The notes under the pieces are model-generated. The model was not told where the DNA came from and ran no database searches. It saw only the letters and a program-made list of their open reading frames with translations. 32,000 nucleotides of DNA from NCBI RefSeq assembly GCF_008065095.1, contig NZ_CP042911.1, forward strand, positions 8,550,001-8,582,000, given 5' to 3'. Origin of the DNA: Gemmata obscuriglobus. Its GTDB lineage: Bacteria > Planctomycetota > Planctomycetia > Gemmatales > Gemmataceae. The position numbers were made by a program, and so were the translations under genes. Of the stretch, positions 1-8,335 are shown piece by piece. Position 1 is the first letter of the stretch, and each line of letters starts with the position of its first letter.

Positions 1-942
1 CGCCAGGCCGACCGCCACGAACCCCGCCACTTCGCGCAGCTCCGCGCTGAGGTCCACAGATCCGGACCGCGCGAGGTCGATCACCTCGTCGACGTTCACC
101 GTGCGGCCGAGCTTTTGCGACGCGAGCCACGCCAGCGCGGAGTCGCTGGCAACGGTTTCGAGGCACCCGGTGTTACCGCACCCGCACCGCCGCCCGCCCA
201 CCGGCACCGCGGTGAAGTGCCCGATCTCGCCCGCTAGGCCCGACCGTCCTTTCAACAGACGCCCGCCGCTCATGATCCCTAAACCGACGCCGGCGCCAAC
301 GTCCAACAGTGCAAAATCGTCGAGCCCCTTGGCGAGCCCGTAGTGCCGCTCGGCGAGGCACAGGGCGTGCGACTCCTGGAGCACCGTACATTCGATCCCG
401 AGCCGCTCGGCCAAATCCGCTGCGGGGCAGTGGTTGTTGGTGATCGCCACGTTGGGCGACAGCACCCCGCACCCCTTGCGGTAGTCGACCAGCCCCGGGA
501 GGCTCACGCCGAGGCCGAGCGTGGTCACCCCGGGCCGGGCCATGAACGTTCGCGCCGCGCGGGTGAGCGCGTCGATCAGTTCGGGGTAGGTCGCCGGCGT
601 CGGTACGGTCAGCGTGTCGTCGCGGAGCGCCCCGTCGAGCCCCGTGGACACCACCTCGCAGTGGCAGACATCGATCGCGACACCGAGCACCTGCGCGGAG
701 GTGGTCGCGAGTCTCAGTTTCGGGGCGGGGCGGCCCCGCGTGAGTTCCGGCGCGTCCGTCGCTTCGATCAGCCCGGCCTTCAGCAGCGACTCAACCGCTT
801 TGGAAACGGTCGGCGCGCTCAGCCCGCTCTCCCGTGCCACTTCCGCCCGCGAGAGGGAGCCGCGGGACTGGATGACGCGCAGCACCTGTCGCTCGTTCAG
901 TTTCCCGACCAACGCGGGGCGAATCGTGGTGATCGCGGACAT
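1..942 (-). CDS. ROK-family transcriptional regulator (NagC/XylR-like); 3' end runs off the window
   Basis: Absent from the ORF track because no stop lies in the window. My reverse-strand translation from the ATG (complement of 940-942) reads MSAITTIRPALVGKLNERQVLRVIQSRGSLSRAEVARESGLSAPTVSKAVESLLKAGLIEATD (winged HTH). Further on it reads GLAGEIGHFTAVPVGGRRCGCGNTGCLETV, the ROK CxCGxxGCxE motif. The frame stays open to position 1. Confidence 0.8.
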   Translation of the reverse strand, partial: MSAITTIRPALVGKLNERQVLRVIQSRGSLSRAEVARESGLSAPTVSKAVESLLKAGLIEATDAPELTRGRPAPKLRLATTSAQVLGVAIDVCHCEVVSTGLDGALRDDTLTVPTPATYPELIDALTRAARTFMARPGVTTLGLGVSLPGLVDYRKGCGVLSPNVAITNNHCPAADLAERLGIECTVLQESHALCLAERHYGLAKGLDDFALLDVGAGVGLGIMSGGRLLKGRSGLAGEIGHFTAVPVGGRRCGCGNTGCLETVASDSALAWLASQKLGRTVNVDEVIDLARSGSVDLSAELREVAGFVAVGLA

Positions 943-1212
943 CCTTCGCGCGTCCCGTCTGTGTGTGTTGATGGACAAGGTACACGAACCATAACTGTTT
1001 GTAAAGAGGCTTTAGTAAATCTGGCTTAGAAATGGACCGCACCCGCCCAGGTGCCATAAACACGGCGAAAAGGAACGGATTCTGTCGTGTGAAATTTAGG
1101 TCTTGTCGGCAGATCGCCGTGTGAGTGGACAGTTGTGTCGGGTTTGGATCGTTCTTGACGAGGCGGATACGGACGGGCTGTCCACTTCCCAAAGGAGAGC
1201 GGCAAAACGCCC

Positions 1213-1248
1213 GCGGCGGTCGCTCTTCCAGAGAAGAGCAACCGCCGC
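1213..1248 (-). terminator. Putative intrinsic terminator downstream of csrA (1281-1490)
   Basis: Hairpin of 8 bp + 1 mismatch + 7 bp (1213-1228 pairs with 1233-1248, loop caga), 33 nt after the csrA stop. On the minus strand it is followed by GGGCGUUUUGCC, a short U-tract after a 5-nt spacer, so only moderate. Confidence 0.45.
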
Positions 1249-1280
1249 AAGGGAGCGTTCGGACGAGCGAACCGAGTCCG

Positions 1281-1490
1281 TCAAGAGACGGTCGGCACGT
1301 TCGGTTGTCCGGCGGCGTCAGCACGCTGCTTTTGTTGTTCCAGGGGCAGTAACTCCTGCCGGTAGATGGGCACGTCCCGCGGGGCCTCGATTCCGAGCCG
1401 AATCTTGCCGCGATCGATGTCAACGACCGTGATGCAGATGTTGTCGCCGATGAAGATCTTTTCACCCAGTTTGCGACTGAGAACGAGCAT
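1281..1490 (-). CDS. csrA: Carbon storage regulator CsrA (69 aa from the internal ATG)
   Basis: MLVLSRKLGEKIFIGDNICITVVDIDRGKIRLGIEAPRDVPIYRQEL is the canonical CsrA fold signature. The ATG at 1490 is preceded by ACGGAGGGACGCGACCC (SD GGAGGGA). The track ORF (to 1517) adds 9 unlikely residues. Confidence 0.9.
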   Translation of the reverse strand: MLVLSRKLGEKIFIGDNICITVVDIDRGKIRLGIEAPRDVPIYRQELLPLEQQKQRADAAGQPNVPTVS

Positions 1491-1537
1491 GGGTCGCGTC
1501 CCTCCGTTGTGCGTCACTCGTCCGTAAAACGCTCCCC

Positions 1538-1546
1538 AATTCTACG
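1538..1546 (-). promoter_or_regulatory. Putative -10 element (CGTAGAATT on minus strand) upstream of csrA
   Basis: TAGAAT (5/6 match to TATAAT) lies 48 nt upstream of the ATG. The identical 9-mer CGTAGAATT sits upstream of the second csrA at 20679-20687. No convincing -35 element. Confidence 0.3.
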
Positions 1547-1894
1547 TCATGATTCTGCAGGGGGTTGCGGCGCACTACGAATTGGCGTTTCGACACCTGG
1601 GGGCACCGAGCGCACCGCCGTCATAATGGGTGCAGCACACACCGATACGTATGAACACCGGGCGCGGCCCGCATTGAGAGCCGAATCGCGTCAAACCGTC
1701 CCGTTGAGTCGGCGATCGGGCCGGGGTTCACAGACCGTGGTGCCGCGACCCGCAAAATTCTTCCGACCAAACCGCAGCGGACACGTTGGCGAGGAGTCAC
1801 TAGCTCGGAAACTCAAGCCCAACCGAATCTCGATTTGCCATTCGGCTCATGTGGCGATTTACAGAAAGTGACGGAAACGGACAGAAACGGCCAG

Positions 1895-1932
1895 CAAAAA
1901 CATTAGCAGACCGTCGAAACGGTCTGCTAATG
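1895..1932 (-). terminator. Rho-independent terminator (minus strand)
   Basis: Perfect 13-bp stem (cattagcagaccg 1901-1913 pairs with cggtctgctaatg 1920-1932, loop tcgaaa). On the minus strand it is followed immediately by UUUUUG (plus-strand caaaaa, 1895-1900). Confidence 0.65.
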
Positions 1933-1981
1933 CGAATCAATTGGTATTAATCAGCCGCACTTACCTCAACTTCGGAATGCA

Positions 1982-2131
1982 GCGGGTTGTGGGAGGCACG
2001 GTTCCGTTCGCGTTCAGGTCGGGCGCTTATCGTTTGTGTCTGAGAATTAAACGGACGGGAAGTCCGTGGGCGACAGACACCATTTGGTGGGGCGCACCTG
2101 CGGGCGAACGGCAGCCTCAACCACAACCCGC
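1982..2131 (-). other. 150-nt nested imperfect hairpin (structured 3' UTR/RNA element or degenerate palindromic repeat)
   Basis: Six properly nested helices checked base by base: 1982-1992/2121-2131 (11 bp), 1993-1996/2115-2118 (4), 2004-2011/2104-2111 (8), 2015-2019/2096-2100 (5), 2036-2042/2074-2080 (7), 2051-2056/2062-2067 (6). It starts 7 nt past the stop of the 2138-2482 gene and ends about 50 nt before the terminator at 1895-1932. Confidence 0.6.
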
Positions 2132-2137
2132 GGCCCG

Positions 2138-2482
2138 TCAGGCCACGCACAACATCTCGGACGCGGCGCTGCGGGACTTGTTCTTGAGGAACTCGACCGG
2201 GCGCGGGTCGCCTTCGTAACGGGCGTCGGCCGGGTGGAAGATCGCCTGCTTCAGTTTCGCCCGTTGTTCCAGCACCGCGAGCTTCTCCGGCGTGCCGGGG
2301 GCGGCGGTCGTCGGGGCGCCGGGCAGCGGCGCGCTGCCGGTGAAGTTGCCGACCCCGCGGCGGGCGTACTTCGAGGTCGAGGGGTACAGTTCCTTCACGC
2401 CCGGGGTGTAGTAGCAGCTCCAGCACAGCCCGCGCGGACGGTTCACCTTCGACTTCGTGCAGTGACGGCAGATCGGGTTCAT
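2138..2482 (-). CDS. Small Cys4 (zinc-ribbon-like) hypothetical protein
   Basis: 114-aa ORF with N-terminal CRHC...(13 aa)...CWSC (NPICRHCTKSKVNRPRGLCWSCYY). Composition is coding-like, unlike the Arg/Pro-rich shadow ORFs overlapping it. Confidence 0.6.
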   Translation of the reverse strand: MNPICRHCTKSKVNRPRGLCWSCYYTPGVKELYPSTSKYARRGVGNFTGSAPLPGAPTTAAPGTPEKLAVLEQRAKLKQAIFHPADARYEGDPRPVEFLKNKSRSAASEMLCVA

Positions 2483-2648
2483 GGCGATATCCGAGGTTTG
2501 GGTAAGTGCGTGCGTTCGGGTCGGGAACTCGTATGCGGGCCGTGCCGAAAGAAGCGATTTTTCACTCCCACCGACACCGATTTACTGTTCAGATGACTAC
2601 TGCGGACCTCGCGGGACTCGTGTCGCCCGTGTTGTCTGGAAGGGCCGC

Positions 2649-3098
2649 TCAGGCGGCGGCGATTTCGGGCTGCATCGTGAGCGGCTTGTTCGCCGGGTTC
2701 GGGGCCTCGATCGGGAGCCGCTGGGCGATCGCGAGTTCGACCTCGGCAAGCAACTCGCGGCGCATCTCGTCGCGGGGCGTGTCGTCGAACCAGTTGAGGA
2801 ACCAGCGGCACGCGGCGGGTTCACCGAGACGCTGGTCGGCCTCGAAGCAGGCCCGGGCGAAGAACTCCTCGACCTGGCCCACAGATTCGAGTTCGTCGCC
2901 CTGCCAGCCGCAGAACCCGAGGGCACAGGCCGCTTCGACCGGCCAGTCCTGAACACACATGAGCGGAGGAGGGGTGGTGGTGCTGCCTTGGGTCAGTCGG
3001 GGGTCGTCGCCACGGAGCGCATCGCGGAGCGATTCCAACCCGGCCGTCGAGAGCACCGGCACGAACCCGTCCCGCCACACCAGACGCCAGCTTTCCAT
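2649..3098 (-). CDS. Hypothetical protein (149 aa), no domain recognised
   Basis: ORF with balanced amino-acid composition (MESWRLVWRDGFVPVLSTAGLESLRDAL...). The ATG is preceded by GGAGGGCGGAACC. Same strand as, and 166 nt upstream of, the Cys4 gene. Confidence 0.6.
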   Translation of the reverse strand: MESWRLVWRDGFVPVLSTAGLESLRDALRGDDPRLTQGSTTTPPPLMCVQDWPVEAACALGFCGWQGDELESVGQVEEFFARACFEADQRLGEPAACRWFLNWFDDTPRDEMRRELLAEVELAIAQRLPIEAPNPANKPLTMQPEIAAA

Positions 3099-3392
3099 GG
3101 TTCCGCCCTCCGCACTCGTGTTCGCTTGGTCGCGTTCAACCCGTTCGGTTGCAGTTCCAACTCCTCAGTTGCATCCGACACACTACTTATACACCTGTAC
3201 ACCAAGTGTGTCAACTAACTCCCGCGCGGATTTTTCGATTTTCTTTTTGCCTGGGCGTGATTCGTTATTTTGATGGACATTATTAACAACGATAATTGCC
3301 CGAAAAGTGACATTTGTGGTCTGTAACGGAGGAGGAATAGAGGTGTTGGAACTGGTGTGCGCCGGTGGTGCCGAATTTGAGGAGGGCGAATC

Positions 3393-4196
3393 GTGTTACG
3401 GCTGTGTTTTCTGAGCCTGTGTTTTGTGGGAACTGGCACAGCGACACCGGCCGCAGAGCCGGCGGCAAAACGGGCGGAGTGGAGGGTCGGCGATACCCCG
3501 CGTGAGGCGCTGGTTTGTGCTCCCGCGAGCGCAACAAAAGCGGCCAGCCCGCTGGTGTTCGTCTTTCACGGTCACGGCGGCACGATGAGGCACGCGTCCG
3601 TGTCGATCGGGGTTCACCCGCACTGGCCGGAGGCCATCTGCGTGTACCCGCAAGGGCTCAACACGCCCGTCAAACTTACCGACCCCGAAGGCAAGAAGAG
3701 CGGGTGGCAGATCACCGCCGGCGAGCAGAACGACCGCGACCTGAAGTTCTTCGACGCGATGCTGAAGTCGCTCCGCGCGGACTACAAAGTGGACGAAACG
3801 CGGGTGTACGTCACCGGGCACTCGAACGGCGGCCGGTTTACGCAACTCTTGTGGGCCGAGCGCGGGGACGTGTTTGCGGCGGTCGCGCCGTCGGGCACGA
3901 CTGCCGTCGGTTTAACGAAATCGTTCAAGCCAAAGCCGTGCTTACACATCGCGGGTGAGAAGGACGAACTGGTCAAGTTCGCGTGGCAAAAGCAGACGAT
4001 GGATGCGGTGCGGAAGTTGAACGGCTGCGAATCCGAAGGAGCGCCGTGGGACAAAGAGAAGACCCCGGCGGGCGTGGTTTACGCTTCGAAACGCGGAACG
4101 CCGTTCGTGGAGTTGGTGTATCCGGGTGGGCACACGTTTCCGACCGACGGGGCGGAGCGGATCGTCACGTTCTTCAAACAGCACGCGAAAAAGTGA
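3393..4196 (+). CDS. Secreted alpha/beta-hydrolase esterase (PHB-depolymerase/feruloyl-esterase-like family)
   Basis: N-terminal signal peptide (MLRLCFLSLCFVGTGTA), an HGHGG oxyanion-type segment and the GHSNGG nucleophile elbow (GxSxG). GTG start preceded by GGAGGGCGAATC. Confidence 0.75.
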   Translation: MLRLCFLSLCFVGTGTATPAAEPAAKRAEWRVGDTPREALVCAPASATKAASPLVFVFHGHGGTMRHASVSIGVHPHWPEAICVYPQGLNTPVKLTDPEGKKSGWQITAGEQNDRDLKFFDAMLKSLRADYKVDETRVYVTGHSNGGRFTQLLWAERGDVFAAVAPSGTTAVGLTKSFKPKPCLHIAGEKDELVKFAWQKQTMDAVRKLNGCESEGAPWDKEKTPAGVVYASKRGTPFVELVYPGGHTFPTDGAERIVTFFKQHAKK

Positions 4197-4200
4197 ACGC

Positions 4201-4578
4201 TCACGCAGGAGCACCAAGGTGCGGAGTGAGCCTTTCGGAAAGAACCGCGAGCAACTCGGGCTGCATGAACTGGTAATCGTCGGGAATCGCAAGACAGACG
4301 AGTGGCTTGTCGCCGACTTCCAACGCGAACCGGCGGCGAATGAGCTTTTCGAGGCGCCTTTCCATCACGAAAATGGTGTCGGCCCAGGCAAGCAATTCTT
4401 CAGTGAGTTCGACTCGCGCCAGCGATGAAAGGCCCGCTGATTTGGTCTTGAGTCCAGGCGTGTTCGCGTACAACCGAGCGGCGGTCGGGCTGCGGTGCCG
4501 GTTTCCCTCGCAGACGAACAGAGCGTTCACAGGAACTCCTGAAACGTCGGTTCGGACATAGTGCTGCGGGCGGTACAT
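4201..4578 (-). CDS. Low-molecular-weight phosphatase-like protein (CX5R(S) motif)
   Basis: VNALFVCEGNRHRSPTAARLY contains C-X5-R-S. The approximately 125-aa size fits small predicted protein-tyrosine phosphatases. No clear SD, so the exact start is uncertain. Confidence 0.65.
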   Translation of the reverse strand: MYRPQHYVRTDVSGVPVNALFVCEGNRHRSPTAARLYANTPGLKTKSAGLSSLARVELTEELLAWADTIFVMERRLEKLIRRRFALEVGDKPLVCLAIPDDYQFMQPELLAVLSERLTPHLGAPA

Positions 4579-4618
4579 GCCGCGCGATCATGGCCACGCG
4601 GCACACGTACCTGCCGGA

Positions 4619-5194
4619 TTACTCTTTTTCCTTCTTGTTGCCGAACTTGGTGAGTTCCACCGCGCTCTCCATGTCCTGACCCATGAACTTGCCCGTCATG
4701 GTCATCTTCAACATGCCCAGCGGCATGTCCTTCGAGGTCCACACCTTCATCTCGGACTCGATCTCCTGCCCGAATATTTTCATCTTGGCCTTATAGGTCG
4801 TCCAGGCCGTGTCGTACTCCTTGCCGTCGACCTTGACCTTCTCTTTGCCGTCCTTCAGCTTCTCGATGTCCACCTTGCCGCCGCCCGGGACCGCGCCGCC
4901 CTTGGTCGGGTCGAACGGCTTGGTCAGGTCGATCTTCTGCGTTTGCTCGTTCTCCTTCTTTTGCCCGCCGATTTCGACCGCGCTGGTGATCTTGAGCGTC
5001 AGCTCCTTATCGGTCTTTTCGGTCACGACCTGGCGCATGGTGCCCGGGATCGACAGTTCGCCGAACTTGGTGGTCAGCTTGTACTCGGCGAAGTCGCCGA
5101 CCTTGGCTTTCTTGTACGGGTTCTCTTCGTCGGCCGCGCGAACGGCGAGCGGGGCGAGCACGAGGGCGAACACGGCGAGCAGGCGGAAGCGCAT
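4619..5194 (-). CDS. Secreted Lys-rich hypothetical protein
   Basis: Start moved to the internal ATG, giving MRFRLLAVFALVLAPLAVRAADE (signal peptide with an AxA-like cleavage site). The rest is a K/E/T-rich, beta-strand-like sequence with no recognisable domain. Confidence 0.65.
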   Translation of the reverse strand: MRFRLLAVFALVLAPLAVRAADEENPYKKAKVGDFAEYKLTTKFGELSIPGTMRQVVTEKTDKELTLKITSAVEIGGQKKENEQTQKIDLTKPFDPTKGGAVPGGGKVDIEKLKDGKEKVKVDGKEYDTAWTTYKAKMKIFGQEIESEMKVWTSKDMPLGMLKMTMTGKFMGQDMESAVELTKFGNKKEKE

Positions 5195-5284
5195 AGCGTA
5201 CCTCAGGAAGGTGCGGGAGCGAACGGCCCCGCGGGTGGGGGGATTATAGCCGCACCGCCGGTGCAAGAGCTTCAGGAAAACCGC

Positions 5285-6358
5285 TCACCCGCCTTTGAGG
5301 AGCTTGGCCAGCGCCCGCGTCTGCTCGAAGTGCTCCATCACGATGGTCAGCACCGCCGTCAGCGGGACCGCCAGAAACATGCCCGGGACGCCCCACAGCA
5401 GGCCCCAGAACGCGAGCGAGCCGAGGATCACCAGCGGGCTGATGCCGACCGCGCTGCCCAGAATCATCGGCTCGATCACCGACGCCGACGCCCCGTGCCA
5501 CACGAGCAGCAGCGCCGCCGCCGCGAACGGCTCCCACGACGGCCCGAACCACAGGAACGCGAACCCCACCGGCAGCGAGTAAGCGACCACCGTGCCGATG
5601 TACGGGATGAAGTTGCACAGGAACGTGAGCACCGCCCACAGGAGCGAGAAATTCACCCCCGTGGCCCACAGCACCGCGCCGACCGGGGCCGCCAGAAAGA
5701 AGCTCGACTTCACCTTCGCCTTCAGGTAGCTGATGACCGCGGCGTTGACCTCACCGGCGACCTGGAGGATCTGCTCCGCCCGCTCCTTCGGGTACGCGCG
5801 GCGTACCCGGGCCGGGAGTTGCGTGCCCTCGAGCAGCAGGAACAGCAGGTACAGCCCCACCACACCCGCCTCGATCATCGCGGTCGCGACGCCGGCGACG
5901 ATCAGCCGCACCACCAGCCCGATCTGCTCGGTGGCCTGCACCCGCATGGGCCGGGTGTCGTTGCGCGACACCCACGGGGCGTGCGCCGAAACGCCGCGCT
6001 CGAGGGTCACGAACAGGTCGTCGGCGCGCTGCGTCAGTTGGGGCAAGTCGTCGCGAAGGGCGAGCACGCTCGCGGAGGTGATGAACGCCAGGCCGACCAG
6101 CGCGGCGGCGGTGCCGCCCGCGAGGATCGCGATCGACGCCGGCGTGCCGACCTGTTTCCGCAACCGGGAGTGGTACGGCATCAGCACGTACGCGAGGAGC
6201 ACCGCAACCAGCAACGGCCGCAGTACGGACGCGAGCTGGAGCATCAGGTACCACCCCGCGGCCGCGCCCATCAGCACGAACGCGACCGTGCGGAGCGTGT
6301 CGGGCGCGCGCCAGCGCGGGAACTGCGAGGTGTCATGGGTCGGGTCGTGCGCGGACAT
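5285..6358 (-). CDS. AI-2E family transporter (PerM/UPF0118-like permease)
   Basis: Polytopic 357-aa membrane protein. The C-terminal half (FLCNFIPYIGTVVAYSLPVGFAFL ... GISPLVILGSLAFWGLLWGVPGMFLAVPLTAVL) matches the family pattern as I remember it. Confidence 0.85.
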   Translation of the reverse strand: MSAHDPTHDTSQFPRWRAPDTLRTVAFVLMGAAAGWYLMLQLASVLRPLLVAVLLAYVLMPYHSRLRKQVGTPASIAILAGGTAAALVGLAFITSASVLALRDDLPQLTQRADDLFVTLERGVSAHAPWVSRNDTRPMRVQATEQIGLVVRLIVAGVATAMIEAGVVGLYLLFLLLEGTQLPARVRRAYPKERAEQILQVAGEVNAAVISYLKAKVKSSFFLAAPVGAVLWATGVNFSLLWAVLTFLCNFIPYIGTVVAYSLPVGFAFLWFGPSWEPFAAAALLLVWHGASASVIEPMILGSAVGISPLVILGSLAFWGLLWGVPGMFLAVPLTAVLTIVMEHFEQTRALAKLLKGG

Positions 6359-7053
6359 GAGTTCGTCTCGGGCGGTCGGAGCCGGGATCGAGGTCCGGGC
6401 ATCTTACCCCCTGTTTCTTACCCGAACCATCGCCCCGTTTCCGGAAGTCCAGCAGATGGCGTTGAAGGTAGAACCAAGGCTCTGATCACGGGCGGTGAAT
6501 GTTGTGAACTGTAGCAGCCGGCGCGCGATTTTGAGGCAGCCGGAGCCTTGTGAAAAAATACACAAGAAAAACTTGCTCCGCAAATTGCTTCCAATTAATG
6601 ACTTGCAAGAATGATCCGCGGAACAGGGAACCCGGCTCAGCGGTTGCACTACCAAGTGATGTAAGCTACCCGCAGGATAGCCGGAACTATCCTGAGAGCG
6701 AGTACGAAGAGCAGAACTCCCCACCCCTACCGCTCGCGTCCGCGTCGGCTTGGAACACCGACGTGAGAAGGCGAACGGTCCTCACCAGACGCGGGGGATT
6801 CGCGCCGTAACGTGCGCACGCACGCCGGCCCGAGCTGCCCGCGAGTGGACCGCCGGAGATGGATCGGGTCCGTTGGATCCGGCCCTGTTCCCCGGTCCTA
6901 GTGTGTGATTTCCGACCCGCCGCGCCCGCCCCCCGACAGGAGGGGATGAGGTCGTGCGTTGCCGTCGGCCGAAGTTCGTGTCTCCACCCGTCGCGTAGAA
7001 CCGCGCCGCGGGTGGTAGGGAGGTCCGTTGTTTTCGCCCCTGACCTTACGGAG

Positions 7054-7530
7054 ATGACCAAGTTGTTCGCGAACCTTCAGACGCGCCCCCGCATCGTGAC
7101 CGCCGCCCTCTTCGCCGTGGCGTTCGTGGCTCTCGTGAGCCACCCGACACTGGCACAGTCGCTCGGCGCGGACGTGTGGAACGTCTCGAACCTCCGCGAT
7201 CAGGTCCGCGCCGCGACCGACGAGAGCGCGCGGCTCAGCGCCGAGGACGACACGGTTCTGAACCGGATCGCGGTGAAAGAGTCGATCGTCCGGGAACTGA
7301 TCGAGGGCCGCGCGACCCTGACCGAAGCGACCGACCGGTTCGCGCAACTGAACGCCGCCCGCCCGCAAGCACTGAACGCCATCCGCTTCGCCTACCCGGG
7401 CACCACGGACCGCGAGAAAACGGCTCGCAACGTGATCTCCTTTGCCCTCGGGCGCACCCCGGCCGCCGCCCGTGCGGCCCTCTCTGAGCGCCTTGAAGCC
7501 GAGTTCCAGCAGGCGGCCGCCGCCCGCTGA
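7054..7530 (+). CDS. Membrane-anchored hypothetical protein, DVWN paralog A
   Basis: From the internal ATG: MTKLFANLQTRPRIVTAALFAVAFVALVSHPTLAQSLGADVWN..., i.e. an N-terminal TM/signal anchor followed by a helical domain. Paralogous to the next gene. Start is uncertain because the in-frame upstream region is open back to 6859. Confidence 0.6.
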   Translation: MTKLFANLQTRPRIVTAALFAVAFVALVSHPTLAQSLGADVWNVSNLRDQVRAATDESARLSAEDDTVLNRIAVKESIVRELIEGRATLTEATDRFAQLNAARPQALNAIRFAYPGTTDREKTARNVISFALGRTPAAARAALSERLEAEFQQAAAAR

Positions 7531-7665
7531 TCGCGCTTCATCCTGCTCCCGGCCGGCGCCCCGGCCACTCCCTCTCCGCTACCCCCGCGCCCCGCGCGCC
7601 CCCGGTCGATGTCGGCCGTAGGCGCCCGCGGGTCGGACCGAGGTTACCTTACGGAGGTTCTTGTG

Positions 7666-8166
7666 ATGGCCACGATTCGTCGTCCCGGTGCTGCTTCGGC
7701 CGCCGTCCTGGTTGGACTGATCGTCAGCCTGGGCGCGGCGCACCTGTTGGCCCCGGAGTGGGCACGCGCGGCCGGGCTGGACGTGTGGAACTACGCCGCG
7801 CTCGACGCACAGAAGCAGTCACTCGCCGACGAACGCGCCGACATGGACGCCAAGGCCGAAAGCGACACCCGGCGCCGCGGGCGGGCCGACCAACTGGCCG
7901 CCCGACTCATCGCAGGGGAAGACACCCTTCCGGCCGTCTCCGCCGAGATCGGCCAGTTGTTCATCAACGACACCGGCTGGCAGTGCGCGCTGGCGGCGTT
8001 CTACCCCGACCTGCGTGACCCGCGGCTGCTGCACGCCCGGCACACGATCGACCGCGCCGTCCGGCAGCTCGATCACGACCCGTCGCGCAAGGCCGCGCTC
8101 CGGGTCCGCCTGGAGGCTGAGTACCGCACAATGGAATCGCAATGCGGTTCGACTGTGACCCACTGA
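7666..8166 (+). CDS. Membrane-anchored hypothetical protein, DVWN paralog B
   Basis: MATIRRPGAASAAVLVGLIVSLGAAHLLAPEWARAAGLDVWN..., with the same architecture as 7054-7530. Shared DVWN, LI.G..TL, YP and RLEAE(F/Y) positions. SD GGAGG lies 9 nt upstream. Confidence 0.6.
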   Translation: MATIRRPGAASAAVLVGLIVSLGAAHLLAPEWARAAGLDVWNYAALDAQKQSLADERADMDAKAESDTRRRGRADQLAARLIAGEDTLPAVSAEIGQLFINDTGWQCALAAFYPDLRDPRLLHARHTIDRAVRQLDHDPSRKAALRVRLEAEYRTMESQCGSTVTH

Positions 8167-8217
8167 GCCGCGAAACGTTCTACGTCATTCGGTGCGGGCA
8201 GAAGCAGGTAATCGTGT

Positions 8218-8276
8218 GACGGGGCGGGGGCGCGTGCGACGGACACATCATCCGTCGCACGCGCCCCTGCCCCGTC
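8218..8276. terminator. Long GC-rich hairpin between convergent genes (candidate bidirectional terminator)
   Basis: 25-bp stem with one G-T pair (8218-8242 pairs with 8252-8276, loop acacatcat). Lies between the stop at 8166 (+) and the stop at 8336 (-). No U-tract on either side. Confidence 0.5.
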
Positions 8277-8335
8277 GTACCGAGAGCAGTCGTTCCAAGC
8301 TCCACGTTAAGCTGAAGGGATACACGTGGCTTGGG

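Noticed and set aside
4577-6514. 645-aa plus-strand ORF overlapping the AI-2E transporter and neighbouring genes
   Set aside because: Its composition is extreme Arg/His/Gly/Pro/Glu low complexity, typical of antisense shadow ORFs in high-GC DNA. The opposite strand encodes recognisable proteins with proper signal peptides or TM helices.
6550-6810. 86-aa ORF (GTG start) inside the long 6359-7053 intergenic gap
   Set aside because: No SD, atypical composition for this genome's genes, and no recognisable domain. I treated the region as non-coding of unknown role.
6612-6891. 9-bp long-range complementarity (GGAACAGGG / CCCTGTTCC) suggesting a roughly 280-nt structured RNA. I also looked here for RNase P, tmRNA, SRP and 6S signatures.
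   Set aside because: A single 9-bp match within 300 nt is expected by chance many times in 32 kb. The flanking bases pair poorly, and no conserved ncRNA signature sequences were seen.
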